Below, one piece after another: positions 1-10,548 of a stretch of DNA of 64,000 bases. The translations under genes and the position numbers were made by a program. The stretch is from contig JBGARZ010000007.1 of NCBI GenBank assembly GCA_044229975.1, forward strand, positions 160,001 through 224,000, read 5' to 3'. The notes under the pieces are model-generated. The model made no database searches and had not been told where the DNA came from. It saw nothing but the letters and a program-made list of their open reading frames with translations. Positions within the stretch are counted from its first letter, which is position 1; every line of letters starts with the position of its first letter. This DNA comes from Polyangiales bacterium (lineage in GTDB: Bacteria > Myxococcota_A > Polyangia > Polyangiales > Ga0077539).

Positions 1-489
1 AGCGAGCAGGGCTCGCTGCCGATGCTGCGGCGCGCGTTCGCGCACATGACGCTGCCGCTCGCGGTGCTGTCGGTGCTCATCGTCGGCGTGGGCGCAGGCG
101 TCGCGGAGGAGCTGTTCTTCCGCGGTTACCTCCTCACGCGTCTCGAGCAGCGGGTGCGCCCCTGGCTCGCCAACGCGGCGGTGGCGATGGCCTTCGCGCT
201 CGCGCACTTCGACCTGGTGCACTCGACCTTCGCGCTGCTGGTCGGCTTCGCGCAGGGTTGGACCTCGCGACGCAGCGGGAGCATCCGACCGGCGATGGTG
301 GCTCACACCATCAACAACATCATCGGCGTGGTGGGCATGGCGGTGGCGGACTCGACTCGCCCGGAGCCGTTCTCGGCGCCGGAGCTGGTGGGTGGTGCGC
401 TGTTGATGCTGGTCGGGACGGCGGGCGTCTGGCGACTCACCCGCGACAACGTGGCAGGTCAGCCGCCGTCAAACGGCGGAGCGCCGTAG
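1..489 (+). CDS. CPBP family (Abi/CAAX) intramembrane glutamic metalloprotease, probably 5'-truncated by the window edge
   Basis: EELFFRG, FALAH and AHTINN motifs of CPBP proteases; hydrophobic helices; frame is open from base 1. Confidence 0.85.
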   Translation, partial: SEQGSLPMLRRAFAHMTLPLAVLSVLIVGVGAGVAEELFFRGYLLTRLEQRVRPWLANAAVAMAFALAHFDLVHSTFALLVGFAQGWTSRRSGSIRPAMVAHTINNIIGVVGMAVADSTRPEPFSAPELVGGALLMLVGTAGVWRLTRDNVAGQPPSNGGAP

Positions 490-914
490 AGGTCCATCGC
501 GCCGCCGTCGTCGTCGGGGGCGCCGGCGTCTTCGGGCGGAGGGATGCCGTAGGGCGGCGCGACGTTGCCGATGTCGAGCACACCGGTGTCGACGGCGCCG
601 GTGTCGCGCGCGCCGGTGTCCGTCGGCGCGTGATCGACAGGGAAGCCCTGATCAGTGGCGGGGCGATCGACGGGGACGTCACCACCGCCGACGTCGGCGT
701 TGGGTGCGGCGTCGGTGGCGGACACCGAGCTGCTGCACCCGGCGGCCGTGAGCGAGGCGGCGAAGGTGATGAGCGCGGCGCGGGACAGCCGACGCGGCGG
801 GTCGCGGCGGGTGGGCAGCGGTCCGACGATGGGACGGTGACAGAACGGGCACGCCGACTCGGTCGCGACGACGTGGCGATGGCAGCCGGGGCAGGGGGCG
901 AGCGGGCGGTACAT
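459..914 (-). CDS. Zn-ribbon (CPGCHRH...CPFC) lipoprotein-like protein with C-terminal YG-x-PP motifs
   Basis: Internal ATG at 914 of ORF 459..2174; MYRPLAPCPGCHRHVVATESACPFC, LSRAALITFAASLTAAGC lipobox-like segment, PPYGIPP and LYGAPP; paralogous to 9883..10440. Confidence 0.75.
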   Translation of the reverse strand: MYRPLAPCPGCHRHVVATESACPFCHRPIVGPLPTRRDPPRRLSRAALITFAASLTAAGCSSSVSATDAAPNADVGGGDVPVDRPATDQGFPVDHAPTDTGARDTGAVDTGVLDIGNVAPPYGIPPPEDAGAPDDDGGAMDLYGAPPFDGG

Positions 915-1041
915 CGGTGGGTGACCTCCGCGCGCGAGCGTATCGTGAAACCGCGGGGCACCACCGTCACTCGGTGCACACGATGGCGCGCGTATCCTGA
1001 CGGCCATCACCGCGCTGATGCTCGTCGCACCGCTCACTGGT

Positions 1042-1057
1042 TGGCGACCTGTTTGCA
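1042..1057 (+). promoter_or_regulatory. Possible sigma54 (-24/-12) promoter
   Basis: TGGCGACCTGTTTGCA has GG-N10-GC spacing just upstream of the ATG at 1071. Confidence 0.35.
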
Positions 1058-1070
1058 GTGCCTCACTCCC

Positions 1071-2390
1071 ATGAACGAAGTCCGCCTCCGCCGACTGATC
1101 GAAGCCGCCGTCGCGCTCACCCTCGCGGGCTGCGCTCAGCGCATCGACCCGGCCACCTTCGCCGTCAACGTGTGCCGTGATGGTGTGTACACCCCCCTTG
1201 CGAACATCACCCCGGCGACGCCCGTGGACTTCGTCGCGCTCCGCGATCAGGTCGACCAGAACGTCGGCTTCCCTCCGGGAATGGACTTCGAGACGGTCGC
1301 ATCCACGGGAGCGTCCTGCTCCACTGCGACCGACCCGGTCGCCTGCACCACCGCACTCGCCGCCCTTCGCTCCGCAGAAGGATGGAAGCCCAACGTGCCA
1401 TTTGCCCGGCGGTGGGAAACGCATCGCTACGTGGTCACGACGCGCGGCGACACCATCGCCACCATCACGACGCTCGACGCGCTCGCCGACTTCCTGGGGC
1501 CGTTGGCGACCGAGGACGAGGCGGCGTGGTTTGCGAGCGAGCGCGGGTACCGCATCTCCTGCGATGGTCCCAACGCGCGTCGCACGCCGACGGGCTTCGA
1601 GCTGCGGGTGCAGTCGGGCAGCGACTGCGGCGGAGACGTCGGCGCCGTCGGCGTCGACGAACACGTGCTCGCGGTGGACCAGAGCGGCCGGGTGACGGTG
1701 CGGGAGACCGTTCGGGTGCGGGACGCCTACCCCAACTGCATCTCCGGTCGACGACCCTCGGGCATGGCGCTCGGTGGTGCTTCTCCGACGGCTCACGTGG
1801 GCGATTACCTCGCACGCGCCGCGGAGCTGGAGGCCGCGTCGGTGCATGCGTTTCGCAGACTCGCGTGTGAGCTGCGGGCGTTGGGTGCGCCCGAGAGGTT
1901 GGCGCTCGCGGCGGAGCGATCGATGCGCGACGAGGTGCGCCACGCGCGGGTGATGTCCCGCCTTGCCCAGCGCCACGGTGGAACAGTGCGCTCGCTGCGA
2001 CCGCCGCCATCGCAGCCGAGGCGATCGGCCTACGCCATCGCCCACGAGAACGCCGTCGAAGGATGCGTGCGGGAGACCTTCGGCGCGCTCCAGGCAACGT
2101 ACCAGTCGGCGCATGCTCGCGACCCGGAATTGGCCCGCGCGCTGGGTGCGATTGCGCGCGACGAGACGCGCCACGCCGCGCTCGCGTGGGACGTCGCTGC
2201 GTGGCTGGAACCGCGGCTCACCGATCGACAGCGAGCGTCTCTCGCGGGGGCGAGGCGGCGGGCGGTCGCGACGCTGCGACGAGAGCTCAGCGCTGCGGCG
2301 CCGCGCGATGCGGTTGCACTCGCGGGGGTGCCCGACGTGGGCGCGGCGCGGTCGCTGCTGACGTCGGTCGCGGGCGAGCTGTGGGCGTAG
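1071..2390 (+). CDS. Lipoprotein with C-terminal ferritin-like (diiron) domain
   Basis: ATG at 1071; LAGC lipobox; GRRP linker; ELEAASV, DEVRH, ENAVEGCVRE and DETRH (ExxH) ligand motifs. Confidence 0.8.
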   Translation: MNEVRLRRLIEAAVALTLAGCAQRIDPATFAVNVCRDGVYTPLANITPATPVDFVALRDQVDQNVGFPPGMDFETVASTGASCSTATDPVACTTALAALRSAEGWKPNVPFARRWETHRYVVTTRGDTIATITTLDALADFLGPLATEDEAAWFASERGYRISCDGPNARRTPTGFELRVQSGSDCGGDVGAVGVDEHVLAVDQSGRVTVRETVRVRDAYPNCISGRRPSGMALGGASPTAHVGDYLARAAELEAASVHAFRRLACELRALGAPERLALAAERSMRDEVRHARVMSRLAQRHGGTVRSLRPPPSQPRRSAYAIAHENAVEGCVRETFGALQATYQSAHARDPELARALGAIARDETRHAALAWDVAAWLEPRLTDRQRASLAGARRRAVATLRRELSAAAPRDAVALAGVPDVGAARSLLTSVAGELWA

Positions 2391-2396
2391 CGCCCG

Positions 2397-3365
2397 TTAC
2401 CCGATCGGGTACTGCGCCTTGAACTTCGCGATCTCCACCTCCCACCGCCGACTGAACTCCTCCCAGCTCGGATACTCCAGCCCAGGGATGCGCGGCGTCT
2501 CGACGCGCCATCCGTGGTGCCGGTCCCACGCCTCCCAGGTCGAGATCTTGTACGCGAGGCTCTCCGGGGGTCCGCAGTCCGCCTGGTGGTGCTCGTCCCA
2601 CGCCTCCTGCGATTGGATGAGCGGCCACCCTTCTAGCGCGACGGCGAGCGCGAGCGTCGGGCCCGCGTCCCACGCCGCCCCACCGATGACCTCGTCCCGC
2701 AGCAGCGCCTGATCGGTCGGGTCGAGCTCCAGTCGGTCGCCGTGTCGTCGCGCCCGCGACAGCACGATGGGCTCCCCGTGGTGCGTCACCGTGAGCGTCG
2801 CCTCGTCGGGGCCGACGTCGATCACCCGCGGCGGGCACCGGGCGTTCCAGCGGAGCGTCAGGTCGCGCTTCCACATCTGCGCCCACATCCCGGCGCGCAG
2901 GTAGAAGCGCACCGTGCGCTGCCAGCTCCAGCAGGTGTCGAGTCGCACCCCGAGCTTCTCCGCGGCGGCGATCTCGCGGAGCCGATCGAGCGCGCGTCGC
3001 CCGGTGCCGAGACCGCGTCGCGAGCGCAGAACGTAGAAGCTCCAGATGCGCATGTCGGCGACGCCGTAGGTCGTGCGCGAGAGCGCGATGGTTCCGACGC
3101 GCTGGCCGTCTTCCAGCAGCCAGTAGGGTTCGGAGTACGAGCTGCCGACGGGTTCGAGCGCGTCGTGCCACTCGGTGGTGGCGGTGGCGATCCAGCGGGC
3201 GCGGCGGTCGGCGTCGAGGGTGAGGGGGTCGGTGTCGTCGCCGAGGCGGTGCTCTGCGAAGGCCGCGAGGTCGCAGTCGATCCAGCGGCGCTCATCGGCT
3301 CCGCCGCGCTCGACGGGCTCGATGAGTCCGCGAGCGAGGAAGGCGTCGTGGGTGAGGTCCCTCAT
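2397..3365 (-). CDS. GNAT-domain protein
   Basis: FYVLRSRRGLGTG acetyl-CoA-binding motif and RFYLRAG motif. Confidence 0.65.
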   Translation of the reverse strand: MRDLTHDAFLARGLIEPVERGGADERRWIDCDLAAFAEHRLGDDTDPLTLDADRRARWIATATTEWHDALEPVGSSYSEPYWLLEDGQRVGTIALSRTTYGVADMRIWSFYVLRSRRGLGTGRRALDRLREIAAAEKLGVRLDTCWSWQRTVRFYLRAGMWAQMWKRDLTLRWNARCPPRVIDVGPDEATLTVTHHGEPIVLSRARRHGDRLELDPTDQALLRDEVIGGAAWDAGPTLALAVALEGWPLIQSQEAWDEHHQADCGPPESLAYKISTWEAWDRHHGWRVETPRIPGLEYPSWEEFSRRWEVEIAKFKAQYPIG

Positions 3366-3416
3366 CGCCGCGATGGTACCGCTCGGGCGACGGCGGGTCG
3401 CTGTTTCCGCGACGCC

Positions 3417-4026
3417 CTACAACTCCCCGAACAACTCCTTCATCGGCACGCCCAGCGCCACTGCGAGTCGGTACAGCGCGGACACGCTCGCGCTCCCTTC
3501 GCCGCGCTCCACCTGGGACAACTGCGACACCGACAGATCCGCCCGCCGCCCGAGGTCCTTCAGCGTCAGCCCCAACCCATGCCGCTTCGTCCGAACCACC
3601 TCGCCGATGGCCTTGAGCACCTGCTCCTCCGGCGCGCGCAGCAACCCCCTGCGCCGCAGCACCCGCGTCACCACCTCGCGCAGCGCCTCTACGGTGAAGG
3701 GCTTCTTCAGGTAGTCCATCGCTTCGAGCTGCATCGCCGCCACGGCCGTCTCCACCGACGGAAACCCGGTGATCATCACCACCGCCAGGTCGCGGTCGAC
3801 GGCGCGCACCTTCCGCAGCGTCTCCACCCCGTCCTGCTGCGGCATCATCACGTCCAGCAGCAGCAGGTGGTACGCCCCGTCGCGCACCCGCGCCTCGGCC
3901 TTCGTCGGGTCGCTCTCCGTGTCCACCGCGCACCCGTCGTGCGCGAGAACGGTCACCAGCAGCTCGCAGATGGCCGCGTCGTCGTCGACCACCAGCACCC
4001 GCGGAATCGTCGGCGTCGAGTGCCGC

Positions 4027-4034
<8 letters not shown>
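3417..4034 (-). CDS. Response regulator, REC plus C-terminal XRE-type HTH
   Basis: VLVVDDD, LLDVMMP and KPF receiver motifs; LTLKDLGRRADLSVSQLSQVERG HTH_3. Confidence 0.9.
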
Positions 4035-5558
<1,524 letters not shown>

Positions 5559-5562
<4 letters not shown>

Positions 5563-6557
5563 GACACAACCGCCTTGCGCCCGCCCGGCAGGAAGCGCCG
5601 CAGGTCGAGCTCGCGCGTGCCGAGGAGGCCTTGTGGTCGCGCGAGCATGAGCCCGATGAGCAGCAGCGCGTACACCACCAGCCGGTAGCCGTGAAACTCG
5701 CGCAGGAGTTCGAGCGAGACGGCCACGGCGACGCCGCCGATGACGGCGCCGGTGATGCTGCCGAGGCCGCCGAAGATGATCATCACGAGGATGTCGACGG
5801 AGCGATCGAGGCGGAAGAGACCGGGGTCGATGTGCTGCCCGCCAGTCGCGTCGTGGGCGTAGAGCGATCCCGCCAGGCCGGTGGTCATCGCGCTGATGGC
5901 GAAGGCGAGCACCTTGTAGCGGGTGGTCGGGATGCCCGCGGCCTCGGCGGCGATCTCGTCTTCGCGGATGGCGGTGAGCGCGCGGCCGTAGGAGCTGTAC
6001 GTGAGGTTGCCGACGAGGAGGACGGTGAGGAGGACGCCGCCCCAGATCCACGGGAGGGTGGCCGTCGCGGGGATGCTCTCGGCGCCGAAGGGCCAGCCGC
6101 CGCCGCCGCCGAGGGGCGCGAGGCTCTCGATGGAGATGCGGATGATCTCGCCGAAGCCGAGGGTGACGATGGCGAGGTAGTCGCCGCGCAGTCGCAGCGA
6201 CGGAACGCCCACCGCGACGCCCGCGAGGCCCGCGCAGACGACGGCGACGAGGCAGGAGACGACGAGCGCGAGGGCGGGCGAGGTGTGCCCGAGGGAGCCC
6301 GCGGTGAGGTGCGAGGTGATGGCCCCGGCGTAGGCGCCGACGGCCATGAAGCCGGCGTGGCCGATGGAGAACTGCCCGGTGGTTCCGTTGACGAGGTTGA
6401 GGGAGACCGCGAGCATGGCGTTGACGCCGCACATGGCGAGCACGCGCACGGCGTACTCGCCCGCGGTGGCGCGGGTGAGGCGCTCGACGGCGAAGAAGAG
6501 CGCGATCGCGACAACGAAGCCGAGGAGTCTGCGTGCAGCGGTCACAGGAGGGTTCAC
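5559..6557 (-). CDS. livM: Branched-chain amino acid ABC transporter permease
   Basis: GQFSIGHAGFMAVGAY, LRLRGDYLAIVTLGFGEII and AIREDEIAA motifs. Confidence 0.92.
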
Positions 6558-6668
6558 CCCGGCGCCGGAGGAGAGGAGTCGGAGACCCGGCGCGCGGCGG
6601 CGATGCTACGTCGAAACCGGGTCGCATCGAAGCCCTTCGGTGAGGGGGCCAGCAACCCCGATCGACGT

Positions 6669-7520
6669 CTATCCTCCGTCGCCCGGCGCCCCGGCGTCCG
6701 CCGCCTCGCGCGGCATCGCGTTGGGCCCGCAGTCCACCACCATCGGGGTCAAGCCCCCCGGCGGCGTCTGATCGAACACGTCTGCTGGCAGCTCGGGGTC
6801 GATGGACACCTCGCGGTAGCGCACCAGCAGGTCGATGCCGTCGCGCTCCATCTCCACGCGCACCCGCCGCGGAAAGGCCACGCCCTCGAACTCGGTGTAG
6901 TCCTCGAAGGTCAGCACCGCCCGCACGCCCCGCGCGTCGCGCATCTCCGCCCGCGTCGGCCGCGGGTGCTGCGCCTCGGGCCGCGCGCCCTCCCGCTCGG
7001 CGTCGGTGATCTCCATCCACAACGACTCGCCCGCTCCTCCGGTGCCCGCGATGTCGATCACGTAGTGCCCGTCGTCCCACCGGATGCGACGGTCGCCCGC
7101 GATGAGCGGCGGACCGCCCCCGAGCACTGCCACCACCTCCGCCGACTCCATCGGGATGCCGAGGAGCTGCGCCGCCACGCAGGGCCGCGCCTCGCCGACG
7201 TAGAAGTTGCCGCCGCGCAGGTCGGCCATCGCGAGGTGCTGCCCGTCCGAGAGCAGCGTGCTCACGGTGTTGCCGAAGGCCCGCGTGTCGACCCGCACCC
7301 GCGACGGTCGCTCCACGAACACGAACACCTCCCCCCGGATGCGCCCCTGCGGCCCGAAGTGGTCGGCCGATCCGTGCGCTCTCAGTCGGTGAAAGCGCTC
7401 GTCTCGCGCGCTCACGTGCCGCAGGGCCATGGCCGGGTCGGTGATGGGAAACCGCGGCGGGTGGCCCGAGCAGCCCACCACCACCGCCAACAGCCACGCG
7501 CCCACAGAAGCTCTACGCAT
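6669..7520 (-). CDS. Lipoprotein, LolA/LolB-like or DUF4292-like fold
   Basis: VVVGC lipobox; beta-rich body with RPSRVRVD and C-terminal FPRRVRV...LPADVF typical of LolA-like proteins. Confidence 0.55.
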   Translation of the reverse strand: MRRASVGAWLLAVVVGCSGHPPRFPITDPAMALRHVSARDERFHRLRAHGSADHFGPQGRIRGEVFVFVERPSRVRVDTRAFGNTVSTLLSDGQHLAMADLRGGNFYVGEARPCVAAQLLGIPMESAEVVAVLGGGPPLIAGDRRIRWDDGHYVIDIAGTGGAGESLWMEITDAEREGARPEAQHPRPTRAEMRDARGVRAVLTFEDYTEFEGVAFPRRVRVEMERDGIDLLVRYREVSIDPELPADVFDQTPPGGLTPMVVDCGPNAMPREAADAGAPGDGG

Positions 7521-7576
7521 CGCGCGGGAACATATCGCGGCCCGGCGCGGGTGTGCGGTACAACGCGCGCCCTGTG

Positions 7577-8407
7577 ATGCTCGCGACGATGACCTGGTGG
7601 GAGGCGGTGGTGCTCGGCGTGGTCGAGGGCCTCACCGAGTACCTCCCGGTGAGCTCGACGGCCCACCTCATCCTGGCGCAGCGGGCGCTCGGCATCGCCG
7701 CGAGCGAGGAGGCCAACGCCTTCGCCATCTGCGTTCAGCTCGGGGCCATCGTCGCCGTGCTCGGGGTGTTCTTCGCGCGGGTGAAGTCCATGGCGCTCGG
7801 GGTGATCGGCCGCGACCCGGTCGGCCGCGCGCTCGCCCTGCGCGTCCTCGTCGGGTTCATCCCGGCGGCGATTCTCGGCAAGCTCTTCGACAAGCGCATC
7901 GAGCGGGTGCTCTTCGGGCTGTACCCCGTCGTCGCTGCGTGGTTCGTCGGCGGCCTCGGCATCCTGGTGCTGCACTTCACGAAGCGCGATCGCAAGCCCG
8001 GCCGCGCGCTCACCGAGCTCACCACGCGCGACGCCGTCCTCATCGGCCTCGCCCAGTGCCTCGCCATGTGGCCGGGCACGTCGCGCTCGCTCGCCACCCT
8101 CGTCGCGGGCCTGCTCGTGGGCCTCTCGCTCGAAGCCGCCGTCGAGTACAGCTTCCTCCTCGGCCTCGTCACCCTCAGCGCCGCCAGCGGGTACAAGCTG
8201 CTCAAGAGCGGCGCGGTGATGTTCCATGCGTACGGGCCGGTGAGCCTCACGCTGGGCTTCCTCGCCGCTGCCATCTCCGCCGTGCTCGCGGTGCGCTGGA
8301 TGCTCACCTGGCTCAAGGGCCACGGGCTCTGGGTCTTCGGCGTCTACCGGGTGCTGCTCGCGCTCGTCGTCGCCGAGATGCTCGGCACCGGGATGCTCCG
8401 GCCGTGA
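7577..8407 (+). CDS. uppP: Undecaprenyl-diphosphate phosphatase
   Basis: EGLTEYLPVSSTAH, QLGAIVAV and PGTSRS motifs. Confidence 0.95.
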   Translation: MLATMTWWEAVVLGVVEGLTEYLPVSSTAHLILAQRALGIAASEEANAFAICVQLGAIVAVLGVFFARVKSMALGVIGRDPVGRALALRVLVGFIPAAILGKLFDKRIERVLFGLYPVVAAWFVGGLGILVLHFTKRDRKPGRALTELTTRDAVLIGLAQCLAMWPGTSRSLATLVAGLLVGLSLEAAVEYSFLLGLVTLSAASGYKLLKSGAVMFHAYGPVSLTLGFLAAAISAVLAVRWMLTWLKGHGLWVFGVYRVLLALVVAEMLGTGMLRP

Positions 8408-9372
8408 GCGTCTGCTCGCTTCCAGCTCGCCGCGCCGCGCTCGCCATCGCTGCCTCGCTGCTCTCGTTCTCCATCAACGCCAGCGCGCAGACCGTCCCCG
8501 CTCCCACGACCAGCGTCGTGCCCGCGGCTGCGCGGCCCACCAGCGACCGCATGACGCGCGACGAGCGCATCCTCTTCGGCCTGCTCACCGCGACCTACGG
8601 GCTGCGCCTCGGCTCCGCCATCAACCTCGGCGCCTTCGGCCGAACGCCCGATGACCCCGAGCCCGAGACCTATTGGCTACTCCCTGGAGCGCTCGCCATC
8701 GCCGTCCCGGTGGGCGCGCTGCTCATCGAGCACCGCTACCCGCTGCGCCGCGGGCGTGGACTGTCGGCGGGCACCGGCGGCCTCATGGGCTACCTCGCCG
8801 GGACGGCCCTGCGGTCGTGGATTGCTGAAGAGTCGTTCCCTTCGAGCGCGACCCTCTCCGGGTGGACCACCTTCATCGGAACCACCTCCGGCATCGCCCT
8901 CGGCGCCCTCGTCGGTCACCTCACCGACGCCACCCCCGCCGACGCGCTCTACGTCGGGACCGGCGGCGTGGGCGGCGCGCTCCTCGGCGGCCTCGTCTGC
9001 GGCTCGGTGCGCTGTGGCACGAGCCTCGGCGCCTACGTCCTCGTCGGCGAGGTCACGCTGCTCACCACGGCGCTGCTCACCCGCTCGCGGGTGCGACCCA
9101 CGGCGCCCACCATGCGCCTCGTCGGCGCGGGCGCGCTCGGCACCGGCGTGCTCATGGGCGGCGGCGTGCTGCTCGCCCACGCCGTGCGCGACGGCGAGAT
9201 CACCCGCGAAGGCGTGCAGCGCAGCGCCGTCTTCGGCCTGGCGGGTCTGGTGGTGGGGGCGGTGACCTTCTTCGCGATCGGGCGGCAGGCGGAGGGGAGC
9301 GCGACGGTGGTTCCGACCGCGCAGGTGACGGGGCCGGGCATGGTGCTCGGGCTCGCGATGAGCAACCGGTAG
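8404..9372 (+). CDS. Hypothetical exported or membrane protein (Gly-rich helices)
   Basis: GTG overlaps the uppP stop; signal peptide ending ASA-Q; multiple hydrophobic segments. Confidence 0.6.
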   Translation: MSVCSLPARRAALAIAASLLSFSINASAQTVPAPTTSVVPAAARPTSDRMTRDERILFGLLTATYGLRLGSAINLGAFGRTPDDPEPETYWLLPGALAIAVPVGALLIEHRYPLRRGRGLSAGTGGLMGYLAGTALRSWIAEESFPSSATLSGWTTFIGTTSGIALGALVGHLTDATPADALYVGTGGVGGALLGGLVCGSVRCGTSLGAYVLVGEVTLLTTALLTRSRVRPTAPTMRLVGAGALGTGVLMGGGVLLAHAVRDGEITREGVQRSAVFGLAGLVVGAVTFFAIGRQAEGSATVVPTAQVTGPGMVLGLAMSNR

Positions 9373-9444
9373 AACACCCCTTCGACGACGGTGCGCCATG
9401 CGCAGTGTGTGACAACCCCCGCGGGACGGTGAGAGTCTCCGCGC

Positions 9445-9825
9445 ATGACACCCGCAGCTCGTTCGCTCCTCGCCGTCCTCCCGCTGCTGCTCGTCGCGTC
9501 TGCGCCGTCGACGGCCTGGGCGCAGTCCGCGGCCGTGTGTGCTCCCGCGGTGCCGATGGAGCCGCGCGGTCCTGGCAACCACGACGCGCCCGAGCGGCTT
9601 CACTCGGGGCGTCATGTGTTGCGTATCGACGGTCGCATCCAGCTCGTCGTGCGTGGCGACCGCCCGGTGCGCGTCGACGGGCTCGCTCCCGGCGTGCACA
9701 CCATCGAGTACTTCTACGACGGGCACCGCATCGCGACCGTTCGGCGGAGGCTGCGCGCGGGGCAGGTGCTCGGGCTGGTGCCCGACGACTACGACGGCCC
9801 GCAGGTGCTCCCGGCGCGCTGCTGA
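9445..9825 (+). CDS. Small secreted hypothetical protein (PEGA-like beta-sandwich possible)
   Basis: Signal peptide AWA-Q; GLAPGVHTIE motif. Confidence 0.55.
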   Translation: MTPAARSLLAVLPLLLVASAPSTAWAQSAAVCAPAVPMEPRGPGNHDAPERLHSGRHVLRIDGRIQLVVRGDRPVRVDGLAPGVHTIEYFYDGHRIATVRRRLRAGQVLGLVPDDYDGPQVLPARC

Positions 9826-9882
9826 GTCGGCGCGGCGTCGCCCTCCTTCCACCACGCGTGGCGGTCGTGGTGTCATCGCCCC

Positions 9883-10440
9883 ATGAGCCACGACACGCTG
9901 GTCCCTTGCGGCGGCTGCCATCGTCACGTGCGTTTGAGCGAAGCCGCCTGCCCCTTCTGCGCACACTCGCTCGCGGGCGCTTCGGCCGATGGCGTCGTCC
10001 CGGAGCCCGCGCAGCGCCTCAGCCGCGCGGGCGTGCTCGCCTTCGCCGCGGCCTTCCTCTCGACCGCGTGCCCGGCGCAACCCGCGCCGCCGACCCCCAA
10101 CAACAACGGCGGCGTGATGCAGACCATCTACGGCGGTCCGCCGCCTCCCACGCCGCCACCACCGACCGTCGACGCTTCGGCGCAGGCCATCGTCCCGAAC
10201 GCTCCCTTGTATGGCGGTCCGCCTCCCGAGCCGCCGCCGCCGCCCTCCCTGCCAACCGCCGACGCGTCGACCGTGCCCTCGACGCCTCCGACGCCTCCGC
10301 ACCGCCACCGGCGCGAAGCGCACGCGCAGGAGACGCCCCACGCGGTGCCCATGCCTGCGTACGGCATCTCCCCTCGGCCCGACCCCGGCAGCATGGTGAC
10401 CCGCTACGGCGCGCCGCCACGCCCCGACGTCGACGACTGA
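9883..10440 (+). CDS. Zn-ribbon lipoprotein-like protein with four YG-x-(P/S)P motifs
   Basis: CGGCHRH...CPFC; RLSRAGVLAFAAAFLSTAC; IYGGPP, LYGGPP, AYGISP and RYGAPP; paralog of 459..914. Confidence 0.75.
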   Translation: MSHDTLVPCGGCHRHVRLSEAACPFCAHSLAGASADGVVPEPAQRLSRAGVLAFAAAFLSTACPAQPAPPTPNNNGGVMQTIYGGPPPPTPPPPTVDASAQAIVPNAPLYGGPPPEPPPPPSLPTADASTVPSTPPTPPHRHRREAHAQETPHAVPMPAYGISPRPDPGSMVTRYGAPPRPDVDD

Positions 10441-10548
10441 CGAGCGTCGTCGGCGGTTCGTCGAAGTCCTCCGCGCGTCGCCCCCTCCCTCACCAACCGA
10501 CCATCTTCCATGTTGTTGGTTGACTATTTTCCGTGATATTCTGCATGC

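Noticed and set aside
5563..7497. N-terminal extension of the 1156-aa ABC ATPase ORF
   Set aside because: Out-of-frame overlap with livM and the upstream lipoprotein; the real start is the GTG at 5562
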